Below are positions 13,598 through 15,643 of a stretch of DNA of 15,643 nucleotides, one piece after another. Position 1 is the stretch's first letter. Every line of letters begins with the position of its first letter. The notes under the pieces are model-generated. The model was given only the letters and a program-made list of their open reading frames with translations, was not told the DNA's origin and did not search any database. Where the stretch lies: positions 1 through 15,643 of the IMG/VR virus record IMGVR_UViG_3300045988_159430, one strand, 5' to 3'. The stretch comes from a virus. Made by a program: the position numbers and the translations under genes.

Positions 13598-14678
13598 TTT
13601 CTGCATTGTCTGACATTCCTTTTGGAGTTAAACTAAATGGTTCAATAGTAATACTATTCTTAATGCCGAAGATTTTATCAAATGAGTCACAAATTTCTGA
13701 TTGTATTGGGCGTACAAAAGTACGATTATATAGCTTAAATGCTTCATTAAACTCATTTTCATTAAATCCTGAGCTATAGTTTAAACCGAACAACGAAGGA
13801 TTAGCTCTGAAGGCACAGAATATTTGATCTCTGGTTCTCTCAGATAATGATTGATATTTCTCATCAAAATCATCAGAATCTAATCTTTCAATAGTAGTCT
13901 TATTTGCCTCATCTGCATTATATGAAATCAATATTCTGCCAGCATTCTGATAACCAGAGAACTTCTCATTAATATTCCTCTCAATCTCCTCTCTAATTTC
14001 ATCTGTAGGTTCCCCATTATTAAAGTTAATAATAAGATTACCCATAAATCCATTATTGATGTTATTTAAATGGAATTCATTAATATTTTTCTCAGTTTCA
14101 CAAGATAAAATAGCAGCTCCATAAACAGGAATAGGATATACTCCTCTTGTTATATAACCTTTATTATAAAATATACTAGCTGGATTTTCATCCCCAGCTC
14201 CAAATTTTGGATATTTTATAGCTTTTACAGACCAAGCTGTCCAATCAGTTGCATAATATAATATATCATTCTTTTCGCTTGACCTTACATTCATAAAATC
14301 AATATGATATATCTCTGCAACTCTTCCGAGCATATCTCTAATTACTTGGATAGCATAACCTCCAAATATCATCTTATCAATAGTGATTTTTCTCATTATA
14401 TCAACTATTGTTTCACCTTTCTTGTTTACAACTACTTCAAATCCTGGAGCATTACATTTAACATCGTTACCAACAATAAAGTCAGCAGAACCATTAATAA
14501 TGGATTGGAGAGTGGCAACATTTAAATATAAATCCCATAGATATAATGGATATTTGTTATCTTCTCCCCACATTACATAATCTTTTCCCCTCACTTTAGT
14601 TTCTGTAGGTAATACGATATTACTTGCAATAAATGGATCAATAGCACTTAACTGAACTTTTGTTTTATTTTCGCTCAT
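13587..14678 (-). CDS. Portal protein
   Basis: 363-aa intact ORF (ATG 14676-14678, TAA 13587-13589). ...YVMWGEDNKYPLYLWDLYLNVATLQSIINGSADFIVG..., GGYAIQVIRDMLGRVAEIYHIDFMNVR, NNGFMGNLIINFNNGEPTDEIREEIERNINEKFSGYQNAGRILISY...DEKYQSLSERTRDQIFCAFRANPSLFGL match the Phage_portal / PBSX-type portal pattern by eye. Confidence 0.85.
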   Translation of the reverse strand: MSENKTKVQLSAIDPFIASNIVLPTETKVRGKDYVMWGEDNKYPLYLWDLYLNVATLQSIINGSADFIVGNDVKCNAPGFEVVVNKKGETIVDIMRKITIDKMIFGGYAIQVIRDMLGRVAEIYHIDFMNVRSSEKNDILYYATDWTAWSVKAIKYPKFGAGDENPASIFYNKGYITRGVYPIPVYGAAILSCETEKNINEFHLNNINNGFMGNLIINFNNGEPTDEIREEIERNINEKFSGYQNAGRILISYNADEANKTTIERLDSDDFDEKYQSLSERTRDQIFCAFRANPSLFGLNYSSGFNENEFNEAFKLYNRTFVRPIQSEICDSFDKIFGIKNSITIEPFSLTPKGMSDNAENVE

Positions 14679-15057
14679 AACTTACGTATGTATTAGGTTT
14701 GTCGTATTGATAATTATTATTCTCATAATCTCCAATTCTTATTAATCCTGTTCCCAATATAGGTATTGGTTTACCAGCAACTAATATCTGAGTACCATTA
14801 GTAAGAGTATTATTATATGTAACCAGAATAACTGGATTGCCATATAACTCTGATCTAAATGGATTGTTTACATCAACTATAACTTGAAATTTATTTGGAT
14901 TAGTAAATAAAATATATTGATATTCACCGTCTCTCATTCCTTCTTGAAGTGTAATATCAAACTTATAGTAGATATTCTCAGAATAATTCTGATTTTCAAG
15001 ATTAAATGTATAAACTTCTTTAGTAGTTGTATTTTGCATTAATAAAGTATAATTCAT
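14665..15057 (-). CDS. Hypothetical protein upstream of the portal gene
   Basis: 130-aa intact ORF, ATG 15055-15057, TAA 14665-14667, with a 14-nt overlap with the portal start. First gene downstream of cassette copy C. No recognisable motif. Confidence 0.7.
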   Translation of the reverse strand: MNYTLLMQNTTTKEVYTFNLENQNYSENIYYKFDITLQEGMRDGEYQYILFTNPNKFQVIVDVNNPFRSELYGNPVILVTYNNTLTNGTQILVAGKPIPILGTGLIRIGDYENNNYQYDKPNTYVSYERK

Positions 15058-15132
15058 ATTTTACAGCAATTTACATTAGTTTTACATATCTTTTTCTTAA
15101 AATATAAACCAATTTACTAATGTATTAAAATA

Positions 15133-15160
15133 ATTAAAGGAGACCTAAGCCTCCTTTAAT
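15133..15160 (-). terminator. GC-containing hairpin abutting cassette copy C (candidate terminator or leader hairpin)
   Basis: 10-bp stem ATTAAAGGAG (15133-15142) / CTCCTTTAAT (15151-15160) with an 8-nt loop. On the minus strand it is followed by TTATTTTAAT. Confidence 0.5.
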
Positions 15161-15209
15161 GTCAAGTTTTTTACTCACTCAAAGTACTAAGAAAAAATAA
15201 AAACTGACA
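15161..15209. repeat. 49-bp conserved intergenic cassette, copy C
   Basis: GTCAAGTTTTTTACTCACTCAAAGTACTAAGAAAAAATAAAAACTGACA. The 17-nt 5' block and 15-nt 3' block are identical to copy A, and the centre diverges. Confidence 0.85.
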
Positions 15210-15213
15210 AAAA

Positions 15214-15643
15214 TTATGCTGATGCTAAAGTTCAGTTTTTAGATGCAGCTAATGATTTCTGTTCCTCAGTAAGTGCATTATAAACATCTGCTGCAAATTG
15301 AATGGTTTGAGATACTTCTCCAGTTAAATCAGCAGCTTTATTTAGAATATTATCAATAGCCAAAGAATTAAGACTTGGCAGTTTACTTAAATCTAAATAC
15401 GTTTTTAACCCTACTATTCCTCCCATATCAGTTATATAAGTATTATCGGAAGATCAGCTATAAAATGGCCAATTAGAAAAGTTTTGTCCTGCTGCACTTA
15501 TATTTGTAACATCTCATTCAGGAAGTTCAGTTATATTATCAGGCAATTGTTCGTAGAATCCTCCTATTTCCATATTAATTACATTACCCGTAATATTAAA
15601 TTTCATAGTTGGTAATATTGTCACTCTATCTTTTTGAACTCCA
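15214..15643 (-). CDS. Structural or surface protein, N-terminus outside the window (possible DUF285/BspA-like leucine-rich repeat element)
   Basis: Track ORF 15232..15426 ends at TGA 15232-15234 and continues to TAA 15214-15216 (...AASKN-W-TLASA). Upstream the frame stays open to the window edge through TGAs 15454-15456 and 15514-15516 (...ITELPE-W-DVTNISAAGQNFSNWPFYS-W-SSDNTY...). The ELPEWDVTNIS segment resembles the W-D-v-S-n-V repeat of DUF285 proteins. This is a weak call. Confidence 0.7.

Noticed and set aside
13525-14580. Plus-strand track ORFs 13525..13779, 14304..14525 and 14383..14580
   Set aside because: They are antisense to the portal gene and the GIY-YIG gene. These are shadow ORFs.
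1-15643. TGA decoded as Gly (table 25, SR1/Gracilibacteria-type) or reassignment of TAG
   Set aside because: TGA positions coincide with family-conserved Trp (KYGWDNF, GGYxWxY, SWIHLG), not Gly. TAG terminates three genes (2878, 5218, 12944), each with the next start codon within a few nucleotides. A TAA lies two codons after the frame-0 TAG at 2235.
1-15643. Mollicute (Mycoplasma/Spiroplasma) phage that simply uses its host's native table 4
   Set aside because: A peptidoglycan-directed M15 endolysin with a holin, Bacteroidota-type TTTG/TAnnTTTG promoters and the lack of Shine-Dalgarno sequences do not fit a wall-less Mollicute host. This cannot be fully excluded without host prediction.
1-15643. 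CRISPR arrays, integrase/attachment sites, transposase-type mobile elements, rRNA or tRNA genes
   Set aside because: There are no regularly spaced direct repeats and no recombinase-like or transposase-like ORFs. The only repeats found are the three 49-bp cassettes and the 58-bp inverted promoter pair.

Overview
AT-rich fragment of a tailed-phage genome with about 30 tightly packed genes. Most are on the minus strand. There is one plus-strand replication/early module (7057-9974), bounded on the left by a divergent promoter region (6906-7056) and on the right by a convergent bidirectional terminator (9980-10005). Recognisable genes are small and large terminase, portal, head-tail/neck proteins, a large Ig/BACON-like fibre candidate, a holin plus M15-peptidase lysis cassette, an SF2 helicase, an ECF-like sigma factor encoded as two separate ORFs, three free-standing homing endonucleases (one HNH, two GIY-YIG) and a T5orf172-domain protein.

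The main observation is that the standard-code ORF track is badly fragmented because TGA is read as a sense codon (Trp, table-4-like). I count 35 in-frame TGAs in 17 genes. No gene ends in TGA; all end in TAA or TAG. Several TGAs sit at family-conserved Trp positions. The promoters have Bacteroidota architecture (TTTG-N19-20-TAnnTTTG), there are no Shine-Dalgarno sequences, and an endolysin that cuts peptidoglycan is present. Together these argue for a standard-code host, so this looks like a stop-codon-recoded phage. No suppressor tRNA lies in this window.

Other notable points:
- A T9 slippery run where coding shifts to the -1 frame in the gene downstream of terL.
- A 49-bp intergenic cassette present three times, each copy beside a GC-rich hairpin.
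- A 58-bp inverted promoter duplication flanking the T5orf172 gene.
- A promoter/terminator pair enclosing only about 50 nt upstream of the helicase.

All product calls come from reading motifs by eye, with no database search.
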